A stretch of DNA of 64,000 nucleotides from an uncultured bacterium (GCA_964581425.1 CAZOOM010000001.1:5183-69182); one strand, 5' to 3'; positions 27,958-38,163 are shown, numbered from the stretch's first letter. Notes: generated by a model from the sequence alone, not told the origin. Numbers and translations: made by a program.

Positions 27958-28389
27958 TCATGAAAAATGCTCAACTTGAATCATGTAAGCACCATTTTCA
28001 AGTTGAGGAAGTTTTGCAGAAAAATAGCCCTCAAAATCTACCGGAGCTTCCACTTGCTGCAGATGACCTGAAAAAACAACTTTACCTGAGGGTAGTCCTT
28101 TTAAGTGAAGAAGATCTATGACTTGTCCCGAGACATGCCACTCAGCAACCTTACCTTGAGGAGAGGGAGGTTTTTTCCATTGATATCCAGGCTCACCTGT
28201 AATCGGCTCTGGAGGTTTAATTTTTTCAAGACGCTGGGGCTTTGTATTTTCAATGACTTGTATTTGATCATTTCCATCTTTATCTTCCCAGCGACCGACT
28301 TCTGTACCATTTTCTTTGACAATATAAGTGGTTGCCAAAAAAAGGGGAGAAAAAAGCAAAAGGAGCAACAAAAAACGAATGTGATCCAT
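27958..28389 (-). CDS. Small secreted hypothetical protein.
   Basis: Signal peptide MDHIRFLLLLLLFSPLFLATT. It is 143 aa and has no domain I recognise. It lies upstream of the giant GH94 gene on the same strand. Confidence 0.5.
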   Translation of the reverse strand: MDHIRFLLLLLLFSPLFLATTYIVKENGTEVGRWEDKDGNDQIQVIENTKPQRLEKIKPPEPITGEPGYQWKKPPSPQGKVAEWHVSGQVIDLLHLKGLPSGKVVFSGHLQQVEAPVDFEGYFSAKLPQLENGAYMIQVEHFS

Positions 28390-28531
28390 GGATCGTTTTT
28401 TTTCTAATCAAGCGTGTGTCAATTTAGTTGTAGATATTACGACAAACAGGAAGCACTGACTAAGAGAAAATACCGAATGGTTTTTTGAAAAAAGGGGACT
28501 CTGAACAAGCCGTCCCCTTAAACGACAAGGT

Positions 28532-28906
28532 CTAGTCGCGATCGCGTCCGCGGCTAGAAAAGGATTTCTTGCGGTGTCCGCCGCCAAATCCGCCTCGGTG
28601 TTCGCGTCCAGGACGATCAAAGTGTCGTCCGCCGCCTCCACCACCATGACCAAATCCCCGATCACGCGGCCCTGAATCACGTCGGCCTTCATCAGGACGG
28701 CGATTGGGATCAAAGGGGCGAAAAGGCTTGGGAAAACGTCTTTCACCGCCGCGATGATCACGGTTATAAGAAGGGCGATCGCCTGATTGATGCATCAAGT
28801 TATCAAGCTTCTTTTCAATAAAAACCAACTGCTGCTGCATTTTCTTGAGAAGAGAGAGGACATCCGTTTCTTCTGCAGGTGCATTTTGTTCAAAATCATC
28901 GTTCAT
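28532..28906 (-). CDS. Arg/Gly-rich (RGG-like) disordered protein with an N-terminal coiled-coil segment. It may bind nucleic acid.
   Basis: N-terminus MNDDFEQNAPAEETDVLSLLKKMQQQLVFIEKKLDNL. Tail RGGERRFPKPFRPFDPNRRP...RGFGHGGGGGGRHFDRPGREHRGGFGGGHRKK. The overlapping ORF 28408..28761 in another frame is a GC-repeat shadow. Confidence 0.55.
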   Translation of the reverse strand: MNDDFEQNAPAEETDVLSLLKKMQQQLVFIEKKLDNLMHQSGDRPSYNRDHRGGERRFPKPFRPFDPNRRPDEGRRDSGPRDRGFGHGGGGGGRHFDRPGREHRGGFGGGHRKKSFSSRGRDRD

Positions 28907-29256
28907 AGTGAAACTCCTTATTTTGTTAAGATCCGTGCATCAAATGTGAAACACAAGAATGAAAACGGATGAAGAGCGATTTCAAATTTAAGCTAGTAGA
29001 TTAAGGGACAGCGCGCACCAACCAACCATCTTTTTTGGGGCGTGAAGAAATCTTCTTGAGGGAAGATTTAATATTGAGTTAGGAAATCAACTCAGAAATT
29101 ATCCTATTACTCGCGCTTTAAACAAGCGTCCCTAATTCGTCGCGAGCCTGTAGTATAAGGACTTTCTTCAAAAAGGAAAGGAATTCTTTGAGTTGGGGTT
29201 TTCGGGTTCATGAGGATCGTTCATTGATTAAAATTGGAAATAAATAGATTGTTTGC

Positions 29257-31356
29257 TTGATTGCCTTTACATACCTCTTTAAAATAGAGTGTCTTATGCA
29301 ACAAATGCTGACATTTGCGCGAAGACGCTCCCTTTTACTCCTTCTGTGTGTTTTTTTCGTTTGGCGGATGTGTTTTTTGCTGACTTCTCAACCCTTTCAT
29401 CTCTTTATTTTCCCTCATGAAGAGCTCTATCGCGGTGCCATTGCCAGAGACCTTGTAGAAGGGCTTCGCATGCCCTTTTTTCAATATCGTGCAGACGATT
29501 ATTCAGGGGGGTCGTTGGCAATCGGATTTCTCGTCTCTTTGTTTTTTCGAGGTTTAGGCTCAAGTCTATTAATCCTTAAACTGGTTCCTTTGTTTTTCTC
29601 CATGGGTGGGCTCGTTTTTTGGTATCTCCTGCTTAGCCGTTATCAGAGCGCTAAAACAGCCGTCTATTTTTCTTTGATCTATATTTTTGCTCCACTTGCC
29701 TTTGTACGCTATAGCGTCCTTCCCTTAGGAGATCACACAGAAACCATTTTTTTTACAGGATGCAGTCTTTTTTTGTTTCTTGAAATTGTGACAGAAAGAA
29801 ATAAATCCTGGGTTTATCCTGTTCTTTTGGGATTGGTTTCAGGACTAGCTTTATGGATTGCCTACATTTATTTCCTAACCATTCTGACTTTAGTTTTATT
29901 TGGTTGGGTTTATTATCGAAGAGCGCTTTTGTCACGTAAATTTCTTCTGGTTTGGGGTTCATTTTTTATCGGATTTTCTCCTTGGCTGATGGTGAATTTC
30001 TCAAACCACTTTTCGGGCTTTCGTATCCAAGAAGAGGATATTTGGAACTGTTTTCAGTGGTCTCATTTTGTCAGCCGTATATTTGACTTTAAAACCTTTG
30101 CTGTGACGCGATTCCTGACTTCTTTCGAGATTTATCATGTAATGGAAAAAATCCCTCAGTATAAAGTGATCCTATTTTACATCATCCTCTTTCTGGCGCC
30201 GGTTACAATGGGAAGCTTTTATTTTTTAAGAAAGAATCAGAAGGTGAGCCTGTTTCGCAAATGGCGTAAGCCGAATTTGGTTGTTTTGTCTTCAATTTAT
30301 TTTTTTATTTTTTGCTTTATCACTCAATGGACAAGTTTTATCAATCTCAGATATTACATTCCCACTCATCCGTTTATTTATTTTGTCGTGGCATATTTCG
30401 TGCGTTGGATTCAAAAAGAGCATCCGCGTGTACCCCTTCTTTTTTTTAGTGTCTTGATAAGCTCCGCTCTGTATTTTCAAGGCGCTCTTTTTTCTTGGAA
30501 AGATTTCGGATACGCGCTTCGAACGCCGGGTTATTCCTACCTGAATCTTGTGGACGTTCCAGTTTGCAGTGACGCATTGAAATGTTTGGAGGTTTACCAG
30601 AATTTTCAGAATCAACTTTCGATAGAAGAAAAAGGGGAGTTCCTCCGTATTGTTTCTGACAGAATGGCGCATCAGATCTCAGAGATGGAATGGAAACAAG
30701 AACTTATTTCTGTGGAAAATAAAATCCCTAAGTTTGCGGTTCCCTCTTTGTATCTGCGTTTAGGACATCGGTTTGGAACTGCGGAGAGTTGGAATTTAGA
30801 TAAAGGGCTTGCTGAATTTGATGATTTGAAAATTCTCAATCCTCAAAAATATGAGATCCTGTTTCGAGGATTTTTAGATGGATATTCTCAGCAAGAAATG
30901 AATGAGAAGGACTTGGCCTTCTTGGAGCTTGTTCCTTCGGGGTTGCCACCTGCTTTGATCCCTGATTATTTTCGAATGCGCGGCATTCAATGGGCTCGAC
31001 TCATCGAAAAACAATCCGGTCATTTCCGGGATTTTAGAAAACAGCTTCGAATTACTTCGCAGAATATGAATCAGAAAACGCAGCCTTTTTTTCTTCAGGG
31101 GGTTGGAGTGACCTTGTATGAGAAGTGGCTCTGGAAGCATTTGAGTCTTCGAAAGATAAAAAAACTTCCCTTAAATTTAGAGTATCCTGTGCTCCAAGGA
31201 ATGGGGATGGGAGCTGTCTTGCGTCCGACACCGCTTGGCTGGGCGCTTGCCGATGCTGTTGCAGAAGAGGTAAGAGGAGAGCGTAAAAGATTTGTCTATG
31301 AAGGAAAAAGTTTGGCCGAAAAATCTGTGGCTTTAATGCTGCAACCTATTTCATAA
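29257..31356 (+). CDS. GT-C fold membrane glycosyltransferase (ArnT/PMT, GT83/GT39-like) with a C-terminal soluble domain of about 270 aa.
   Basis: First extracytoplasmic loop carries HEELYRGAIARDLV. This matches the (D/E)E..Y..I.R..L motif of ArnT/PMT (DETRYAEISREML in ArnT). About 11 TM helices follow. The C-terminal 270 aa are hydrophilic. Confidence 0.6.
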   Translation: MIAFTYLFKIECLMQQMLTFARRRSLLLLLCVFFVWRMCFLLTSQPFHLFIFPHEELYRGAIARDLVEGLRMPFFQYRADDYSGGSLAIGFLVSLFFRGLGSSLLILKLVPLFFSMGGLVFWYLLLSRYQSAKTAVYFSLIYIFAPLAFVRYSVLPLGDHTETIFFTGCSLFLFLEIVTERNKSWVYPVLLGLVSGLALWIAYIYFLTILTLVLFGWVYYRRALLSRKFLLVWGSFFIGFSPWLMVNFSNHFSGFRIQEEDIWNCFQWSHFVSRIFDFKTFAVTRFLTSFEIYHVMEKIPQYKVILFYIILFLAPVTMGSFYFLRKNQKVSLFRKWRKPNLVVLSSIYFFIFCFITQWTSFINLRYYIPTHPFIYFVVAYFVRWIQKEHPRVPLLFFSVLISSALYFQGALFSWKDFGYALRTPGYSYLNLVDVPVCSDALKCLEVYQNFQNQLSIEEKGEFLRIVSDRMAHQISEMEWKQELISVENKIPKFAVPSLYLRLGHRFGTAESWNLDKGLAEFDDLKILNPQKYEILFRGFLDGYSQQEMNEKDLAFLELVPSGLPPALIPDYFRMRGIQWARLIEKQSGHFRDFRKQLRITSQNMNQKTQPFFLQGVGVTLYEKWLWKHLSLRKIKKLPLNLEYPVLQGMGMGAVLRPTPLGWALADAVAEEVRGERKRFVYEGKSLAEKSVALMLQPIS

Positions 31357-31386
31357 GCCAGACAAGACACATCATGATCGGGGGGT

Positions 31387-32220
31387 GTGATGAGATTGAT
31401 TAAAAAATGCTTTGTTTATTTTCTTTATAATCCAGTGTTGCTTTTCCAAAAACTGATTGCCCGCATCTGCGTGCTTCTTCCCTGGATTCCTTCTAAGATT
31501 TCCATCCCGGGCATCTATTTTCAGCCTACCATAACCACCTTGCCCCGAAGTATGGAATGGGGCATGTACGAACCCACCACCAAGAGTGTTTTTAAACGGA
31601 TATTGAAATCTGGAGATAGCGTGATCGATGTGGGTGCAAATGTCGGATATTTTTCTGCCGTGGCGCTTAGCATCGTGGGCCATCAAGGGCAAGTGCATAG
31701 CTTTGAACCCGTTCCTGAGTATTTTTCTGAGCTTAAACTTTTACAGTCAAGAAATCCCAAGTCACCTTTGTTCATTCATCAAGTTGCTTTAGGGGATGAA
31801 GAGTGCAAGAAAAACATGGCAGTAGGATCTGCTGAGAATATTGGTTGGAACACTTTGGTGACGGAGCTCATGCAAAAAGATCATCTTCGAAGTTTGATCG
31901 AGGTTCCTGTCATACGATTGGACCGCTATTTACTGGAAAATAAACTTCAGCCTAAGCTGATCAAAATTGATGCTGAAGGATATGAGTTTCCGATTTTGCG
32001 GGGGCTTGGCCATTTTTTTGAAAAGACGGATTGCCGTCCTGCTATTTATTGTGAGGCTTCTGATGTTGTGGCGCAAACGCTTCATTATTCTTTACATGAC
32101 TTGGTTGATTTTATGAAGTTGTTTGGGTATCAGGCCTGCTGTCCGGTAAGTTTCAAAAAGCTTGAAAATTTAAAGAATCTGATACAAGACGAACACGTTC
32201 TTTTCTTGCCGCATAGATAA
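31387..32220 (+). CDS. FkbM-family SAM-dependent methyltransferase.
   Basis: VIDVGANVGYFS is the FkbM signature DVGANxG. Also FEPVP and a Rossmann-like fold pattern. Confidence 0.75.
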   Translation: MMRLIKKCFVYFLYNPVLLFQKLIARICVLLPWIPSKISIPGIYFQPTITTLPRSMEWGMYEPTTKSVFKRILKSGDSVIDVGANVGYFSAVALSIVGHQGQVHSFEPVPEYFSELKLLQSRNPKSPLFIHQVALGDEECKKNMAVGSAENIGWNTLVTELMQKDHLRSLIEVPVIRLDRYLLENKLQPKLIKIDAEGYEFPILRGLGHFFEKTDCRPAIYCEASDVVAQTLHYSLHDLVDFMKLFGYQACCPVSFKKLENLKNLIQDEHVLFLPHR

Positions 32221-32273
32221 GTTCATTTCATCATTTTTGACCAATCAAAACATCATGCGCTTTGAGCCTGATT

Positions 32274-33350
32274 TTAAGTGATCTGTCTTAGATACGGAAT
32301 CTTTTGGATCAAATAAATCAGAGCAAAGGAGCATAGATAAATCGAAGATGCCGTGAGAGGAATCATCCATAGAGGATGATCCAGATTCGCTTTGAGCACA
32401 ACTCCCCACCTTCCTTTTGCAAAGGCCTCCAGAATCATGGGATGGATCAAATAAATGCCAAGGCTGGCTTTTGAGAAAATGAGCACAAGATTTCGTAGAA
32501 ACGAAGGGAGCGTTTTTTCGAGCCTCGAGCCGAATCGCTTTACCAGAATAAAAAAAGAAGCGGAATAAAAAACAACATTTGGCGCCAAGTTATCGTAAAA
32601 AAGATCCTTAAAAGACCCAACTCGGAGAAAGGTAAAATAAAGCCCCCAAAAACAAACCAGCCAACTTAGGATCATCAGGAAAAAAGCATGGCGCGCCTTT
32701 GGATCTGTATTTTCATGGCGGAGAAGATGCCCGAGTACAAAATATCCAATAAGTCCTTGAATGCCGGCAACTGGGAGATTGAGGTGCAGCGGGAAATGGA
32801 AGAAGAGAAGGCTGTACTTTTCTAAAAATGGAACCAGAGAAGTAAAACAAAACCAGAGCATGAGAAAATAAATTAAGTAGGAACGAGGGGCATGGGCCAC
32901 TAAGATTCTAAAAATGGGAGTCATGAGATAAAGACCTGTCAAACTGTAAATAAACCACAGATGGTAGTGGATCTTTCCCTCAAAAATTCTTTGGAGGATT
33001 TCCTTTCCTCCAAGGTTGGGTTCCAAAAGCAGTTTCTTCCAAACCACATAAAGGATGGTCCAGGCAAGGAATGGAATAAATACGCGATCGAAACGTTTTT
33101 GAAAAAAAACACGGATCCCTTCTTTACGGCCAAGAAGGAGTGATCCGCTGACCATGATAAATGTTGCTACGCAACCTCGCGTGAAAGCATCATAAAAATT
33201 GGCAATCCACCACCAACTGTCAGGCACAGCGCCTTTTTCAGTAATGACGTCTGCGGTTACGTGCACCATGATCACACCCAGAGCGGCAGTGATGCGAAGC
33301 AAGTGAATCCAGAAAATGTTATCGTGCTTGGCTGGTTGAGTTTGATCCAT
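32274..33350 (-). CDS. Acyltransferase family 3 (OafA/NolL-like) integral membrane O-acyltransferase.
   Basis: N-terminus IFWIHLLRITAALGVIMVHV fits the R-x10-H motif region. It has about 10 TM helices and is 358 aa. Confidence 0.75.
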   Translation of the reverse strand: MDQTQPAKHDNIFWIHLLRITAALGVIMVHVTADVITEKGAVPDSWWWIANFYDAFTRGCVATFIMVSGSLLLGRKEGIRVFFQKRFDRVFIPFLAWTILYVVWKKLLLEPNLGGKEILQRIFEGKIHYHLWFIYSLTGLYLMTPIFRILVAHAPRSYLIYFLMLWFCFTSLVPFLEKYSLLFFHFPLHLNLPVAGIQGLIGYFVLGHLLRHENTDPKARHAFFLMILSWLVCFWGLYFTFLRVGSFKDLFYDNLAPNVVFYSASFFILVKRFGSRLEKTLPSFLRNLVLIFSKASLGIYLIHPMILEAFAKGRWGVVLKANLDHPLWMIPLTASSIYLCSFALIYLIQKIPYLRQIT

Positions 33351-33355
33351 GAAAA

Positions 33356-34198
33356 TTAAGAAGCCTCAATATTATTTAAAAAAACATCGACTGCTTTTGA
33401 AGCGTTAGACGGGTTGAGATGAAATCCGCCATGATTGCCTGATGCGTCTTCAATGAAAAGAGATTCTTTGCCTCCAAGTTCCTGGATTCTTTGTGAGGTT
33501 CGACGCATTCCAGGACATCCATCCCGGTCTGGGTTTGGATCATTACCTCCGCAATAATAAATCCAACGAGTTCCAGCTAAAGGCTGCTTCGAATTTTGCA
33601 CTAGCTCGCGATTAGGAGGGTAGTTTTCATTAAATCCTCCGGAATTGGCGATGATGGTTCCAAAATAGTTATTCCCGGACTGGCGATCCACACCGGCCAG
33701 GGCATAAACATTGGCTGATCCACGACTGAAACCATGAAGGAGAACTTTTCCGGGTTGAGCTCCGATTTTTCTTAAAATGGATTCAATGACCGGGTACATT
33801 TGAAGCGGGGTGTAGTAGTCTTCGATTCTTTCACCGCCGCCGAACCACCATTGAATGGCTAAAATTCCAAATCCTCGCTTCTGCGCCTCCGGATACCAGA
33901 CCGAGAATCCATCGAAAGCCCATCCGGCATGACCGTGAAGCGTGACAATGATGGGAGGTAATTTTTTTGGATCTTCGGAAGGTGGAATCCAAAGCACAGA
34001 AAAGCTTTTGCCATCTTGCGAGGGGATAATTTCGGCGCCTTTGGCTAAGGCTGAATCATAACGTTCGCGCTTTTGGGATTGAGCCATAGCCAAAAGTTCT
34101 TCAGTATTGGCTGAGACCGAATTTGGCCAACTGATCACGATAAAAAAAAGAACGCCTAATCCTTGAAGCATGTTCAGAGAGGAAGAGCGTGGTTTCAT
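33356..34198 (-). CDS. Secreted alpha/beta-hydrolase of the esterase / PHB-depolymerase-like family.
   Basis: Signal peptide MKPRSSSLNMLQGLGVLFFIVISWPNSVSA. GFSRGS gives the nucleophile elbow. It lies 5 nt downstream of the acyltransferase on the same strand. Confidence 0.65.
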   Translation of the reverse strand: MKPRSSSLNMLQGLGVLFFIVISWPNSVSANTEELLAMAQSQKRERYDSALAKGAEIIPSQDGKSFSVLWIPPSEDPKKLPPIIVTLHGHAGWAFDGFSVWYPEAQKRGFGILAIQWWFGGGERIEDYYTPLQMYPVIESILRKIGAQPGKVLLHGFSRGSANVYALAGVDRQSGNNYFGTIIANSGGFNENYPPNRELVQNSKQPLAGTRWIYYCGGNDPNPDRDGCPGMRRTSQRIQELGGKESLFIEDASGNHGGFHLNPSNASKAVDVFLNNIEAS

Positions 34199-34369
34199 AG
34201 TGCCTTTTTAGATTCAGGTTTGGAAGACCCATGGTCAAATACGTGAGACATGCTATCGGATCCTGGGTTCGCGATCAAATAAAAAAGGGAGGATTTTAGA
34301 TCCCTAAAGAGTTACAATTTTCAGCCCGAGCAGTTTGATTTCATTAACCTCATTTTTTAGGGAGCGGTC

Positions 34370-36493
34370 ATGAGTCAATGTCCATCATCCAATCAAAAGA
34401 TAACAATTGAAGTGGAAAAAGAATTAGAAGAATATTCAGGTTGGATTCGCAAATTTCGAGCCGGAGAGATCGGGGATATTAAAATGCAGAAGATCCGTCT
34501 TCAGCTTGGGACCTATGCCCAGCGCCAGGACGGAGTTCAGATGCAACGCATCAAAATTCCAGGCGGCGTTCTTTCATCGGCTCAACTTTTGCAGCTTGCG
34601 CGTGCTGCAGAAAAGTACGGAAGCGGATTTATCCATTTCACAACACGTCAGGATGCTCAAATCTACTACATCAAGCTTGAAGATTGCCCCGCGCTTCTTC
34701 GGGATTTGATGTCGGTTGGCATCACGACACGCGAAGCTTGCGGAAATACGGTAAGAAATATTACTGCGTGCTACCGTTCCGGCATTGCTGCGGATGAAGT
34801 TTTTGACGTGACGCCTTATAACGAAGCGCTCTTTCGTTTTCTTCTCAGAAATAAATACAATCAAGTCATGGGACGCAAATTCAAAATTGCTTTTGAGGGA
34901 TGCGTTCAAGATCACTCAGGCATGCGCTTTCATGATATTGGCTGGAAAGCGGTGATTCAAAATGGAAAGCGCGGATTCCGGGTTTATCTTGGAGGCGGAC
35001 TTGGAGCCGTTCCGATTTTAGGAGAACTGTACACGGAATTTTTGCCTGAGGAAAAAATGCTGGAATTAGCAGCAGCGCTGGTACGGCTCTTTGATCGTTA
35101 CGGAGAACGTAAAAACCGGATGCAGGCGCGCATGAAATTTTTGATCAAGAAACTCGGATGGGAGGATTTTAAATCCAAACTGGATCAAGAACGTAAAGCA
35201 ATCAAGCTTCCTGCTTCAGCTAATGATTTTCTAGGGACGGTTCTCCAACAGAGAACCGTCGCTGACAGACCATTTCAAGCGGTTTCATCATCGATTGAAA
35301 AAAATATGGATTTTGTGCGTTGGACAGAAAGTCATTTGGTTGCTCATCGAGTTTCTGGTTTTCATGGCGTGATTGTCCGGCTCAAATTGGGAGATCTGAC
35401 CACGCCGCAAGCTGAAGCGCTAGCGAAGGTTGCAGATGATTTTTCGCAGGGAGAACTGCGCGTGACCATGGACCAAAATTTATTTCTTCCCTGGGTGCCT
35501 CAGAAGGCACTATTTGCGCTTTATCAAGCCCTTTCCAAAATCAATCTTGCGGATTCTGGAGGAGAAACTTTGGAAGATACAACGACTTGTCCTGGTGCAG
35601 ACACCTGCCGTCTTGGGATTACTTCTGCAAAAGGTCTTGGATCAAGCATCAGCGCTTCCTTTCGAGCGCAATTAGAAAGTCATCGCGCATTGACTAAAGA
35701 TCTGCGCGTTAAAATATCAGGATGTCCCAATGGCTGTGCGCAGCATGCGGTCGCTAGTATTGGATTTCAAGGAGCGGCGCTGAGTCAGGAAGGGAAAACC
35801 GTTCCTGCTCACGAAGTTTATGTCGGCGGTGACATTTGCTTGGATCAGACGCGTGTAGGTGAACGCGTGGGAAAATTTCCGGCACGAAACGGCCCTCAAA
35901 TCGTGGAAACATTAGTGGCGCTTTTTGCTAAGGAGAAAAATAAAGACGAATCTTTTGCCGCTTGTATGGTTCGTCTTGGAAAAGATCGAATCAAAAATGT
36001 GCTAGAACCACTTGCGAAAGTCCCTTCTTTTCAGGACGATCCAAGTTTTTATCAGGATTGGGGACACGACAACGAGAAATTTGCCATCCGTGCCGGCATC
36101 AAAGGAGAGTGCGCAGGTTCTCCGATTCAAGAAAAGGTTCCCACCTTTCACGAGGCTCGCGAGAAGTTTTCGCAAGCTGCTGCTTTGTTGGCACACGAAG
36201 AATGGGAGAATGCTCATATTCAAATTTATGAAGCCATAGCTGCAAGCGCACGCGTTCCTCTCTATGCTTTGATGGTAGATCCGTTTACGTCTGAACAAGT
36301 GATATGGGAATTTGAAAATATTTTTGTCCGAAGCGGAAAGACCTCTGCTGAGTGGGATCAATTTTCTGAAAAAGTAGAAGCCGAAAAAATCAAACCTGCG
36401 TCTGAAAAATCCGCACAAGTATTTTTAGAGTGGGCTAAAAAATTTCATTCTGTTTGCGAGCAGCTTGCAGAAAAACCTGCGCCAGCAGCGTAG
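34370..36493 (+). CDS. Ferredoxin-type sulfite/nitrite reductase hemoprotein (siroheme-[4Fe-4S], NirA/Sir family) with a C-terminal extension of about 150 aa.
   Basis: Siroheme/FeS Cys clusters TTCPGADTCRLG (C-x5-C) and SGCPNGCAQH (C-x3-C). The N-terminal half is duplicated with a degenerate site, ACGNTVRNITAC. Confidence 0.8.
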   Translation: MSQCPSSNQKITIEVEKELEEYSGWIRKFRAGEIGDIKMQKIRLQLGTYAQRQDGVQMQRIKIPGGVLSSAQLLQLARAAEKYGSGFIHFTTRQDAQIYYIKLEDCPALLRDLMSVGITTREACGNTVRNITACYRSGIAADEVFDVTPYNEALFRFLLRNKYNQVMGRKFKIAFEGCVQDHSGMRFHDIGWKAVIQNGKRGFRVYLGGGLGAVPILGELYTEFLPEEKMLELAAALVRLFDRYGERKNRMQARMKFLIKKLGWEDFKSKLDQERKAIKLPASANDFLGTVLQQRTVADRPFQAVSSSIEKNMDFVRWTESHLVAHRVSGFHGVIVRLKLGDLTTPQAEALAKVADDFSQGELRVTMDQNLFLPWVPQKALFALYQALSKINLADSGGETLEDTTTCPGADTCRLGITSAKGLGSSISASFRAQLESHRALTKDLRVKISGCPNGCAQHAVASIGFQGAALSQEGKTVPAHEVYVGGDICLDQTRVGERVGKFPARNGPQIVETLVALFAKEKNKDESFAACMVRLGKDRIKNVLEPLAKVPSFQDDPSFYQDWGHDNEKFAIRAGIKGECAGSPIQEKVPTFHEAREKFSQAAALLAHEEWENAHIQIYEAIAASARVPLYALMVDPFTSEQVIWEFENIFVRSGKTSAEWDQFSEKVEAEKIKPASEKSAQVFLEWAKKFHSVCEQLAEKPAPAA

Positions 36494-36497
36494 TTGA

Positions 36498-37712
36498 TTA
36501 TCGGCGGGGACGGTGACGGCGCTGGAAGCGGCGTCCGCCAAAAGAAGCAACCACAAAGGGTTTGGAATCAATAAAGCTTTCGATTGGCATTTCAGGGTGC
36601 TCAGAGATGGGTAACGCCGTTCGCATCAAACGCTCAATGGCTTTGACTTCGCGGCCTTGTTCCGGAGTTGCAAAAGAAATTGCGTGACCGGTGTCTCCGA
36701 TACGTCCGGTTCTTCCGATTCGGTGAATGTAGTTTTCTGAGTCGTCCGGTAGATCAAAATTTAAAACGAGTTCGATTCCCTTCACATCAATTCCGCGTGC
36801 CGCAATGTCTGTGGCCACAAGAATTCGGTATTTCCCAGATTTGAAACCTTCAAGGGCCTCACGGCGCTGGGCCAGGGAACGATCGGCATGAATTTCTGCC
36901 GCACTGTGATTCATTTCCCGGATGGAACGGGCAATTTTTCGGGCGCCGATTTTGGTACGGGTAAAAACGAGAATGGTGCCGTGATAGTGTTTCAGCATTT
37001 TTTCAAGAAGCTGGCGTTTGGCTTCCTTTTTCACGATAAAAACTTCCTGCGTGATTTTTTCAGCAACCGTACCTGACTTTGCAATTTCAACATGAACAGG
37101 AAGCTTCATTTCATGAGAGGCAATTCTCATGATTTGCTCCGGCATCGTAGCTGAGAAAAGAAGCGTCTGACGTTCGCGGGGAAGTTCTCGAAGAATGTGC
37201 TGAATTTCGCGGGCAAATCCAAGATCCAGCATTCGGTCCGCTTCGTCCATGACAAGAATTTGAATATCTCGAAGTGAAATGGTTCGCTGTTCCATGTGAT
37301 CGATCAAGCGGCCCGGTGTTGCAATAATAATGCGTGGGTGACGGCGAAGTTCCTGGATCTGGTTGTGCATGGAGGCGCCGCCAATCAATACTGCAAATTT
37401 AGTCCAGGGGTCAATTTTATAAAGACTTTGATGCACTTGAAGTGCGAGTTCACGGGTTGGTACCAAGATCAGACCTAGGCCCTTGAGTTGTGTCAGGCGC
37501 TGGATCATCGGGATCCCAAAAGCCATGGTCTTTCCGGTCCCGGTTTGAGCAATGCCGATGACATCCTGACCCTCCACAGCAATAGGAATGGCTTTTTGTT
37601 GGATCGGAGTCGGAGAGGTAAACTTCAACTTTTGAAGGGTTTCAAGAATATTGGGAGCAATGCCAAGCCCATAAAAAGTAGGATTTGACGGCTGCACTAA
37701 AGGTACATTCAT
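36498..37712 (-). CDS. DEAD-box ATP-dependent RNA helicase with an Arg-rich C-terminal tail.
   Basis: Q-motif region, AQTGTGKT (Walker A), PTRELA, DEAD, SAT, ILVATDIAARGID and HRIGRTGR. The tail ends GGRRFQRRHRPRR. Confidence 0.9.
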   Translation of the reverse strand: MNVPLVQPSNPTFYGLGIAPNILETLQKLKFTSPTPIQQKAIPIAVEGQDVIGIAQTGTGKTMAFGIPMIQRLTQLKGLGLILVPTRELALQVHQSLYKIDPWTKFAVLIGGASMHNQIQELRRHPRIIIATPGRLIDHMEQRTISLRDIQILVMDEADRMLDLGFAREIQHILRELPRERQTLLFSATMPEQIMRIASHEMKLPVHVEIAKSGTVAEKITQEVFIVKKEAKRQLLEKMLKHYHGTILVFTRTKIGARKIARSIREMNHSAAEIHADRSLAQRREALEGFKSGKYRILVATDIAARGIDVKGIELVLNFDLPDDSENYIHRIGRTGRIGDTGHAISFATPEQGREVKAIERLMRTALPISEHPEMPIESFIDSKPFVVASFGGRRFQRRHRPRR

Positions 37713-37788
37713 GGCCGGAGTATAGGGCCAATCTCAGTAAATAGGAAGATAAAAAAAGAAAGGACCTTAGGCTTGCAGTTCAAAAATA

Positions 37789-38163
37789 TTATTTTTTTGG
37801 ATCATGTGGATGAGTGAGGTGAGTGATTTCTTCTTCAAATTTAACCACGCCAACCTTCCACAATTTGCCTAAAAACGGCCCAAAAAGAAAACCCAGCGCG
37901 GCCAGCATCGCACCTGCAGAAATAAAAGCAAGCAAGGATGTGAAAAGTTTCCCTAAAGGAGTAGCAGGAGAAACTGAAGGCGCAGGACCCTGACCCGTGG
38001 CAATCATGCTGGTAAAATAAAAAGAATCAATGAAACTGAAACCTTCAATCACGTGTATGCCAATGGTTCCAAGGAGAAGAACAGAACAAACGAGCAAAAA
38101 ACAGTACAGCCCTCGATGAGCTGCTGAATGATAGTTATGTTTTTTGACAGGTTGATTTTCCAT
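37789..38163 (-). CDS. Small 2-TM pore-loop cation-channel-like protein (KcsA-like fold) with a non-canonical selectivity filter.
   Basis: TM1 is LYCFLLVCSVLLLGTIGIHV. The pore helix and filter read SFIDSFYFTSMIATGQGPAPSVSPATPLGKLF. This aligns to the KcsA LWWSVETATTVGYGDLYPVTLWGR region, but TGQG replaces TVGYG. TM2 is LLAFISAGAMLAALGFLF. It is 124 aa. Confidence 0.5.
   Translation of the reverse strand: MENQPVKKHNYHSAAHRGLYCFLLVCSVLLLGTIGIHVIEGFSFIDSFYFTSMIATGQGPAPSVSPATPLGKLFTSLLAFISAGAMLAALGFLFGPFLGKLWKVGVVKFEEEITHLTHPHDPKK

Noticed and set aside
28408-28761. 117-aa ORF overlapping the RGG protein gene in another frame
   Set aside because: The Ala/Val-rich product is generated by the GGN/CGN codon repeats of the RGG gene. 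The RGG frame has a proper start, a coiled-coil N-terminus and a stop.
29256-29345. Apparent 1-nt frame inconsistency near the start of the GT-C gene
   Set aside because: By eye I counted one extra C around 29340 relative to the track's continuous 699-aa translation. The track is computed from the sequence and reads through. I treat this as my own miscount, not a frameshift.
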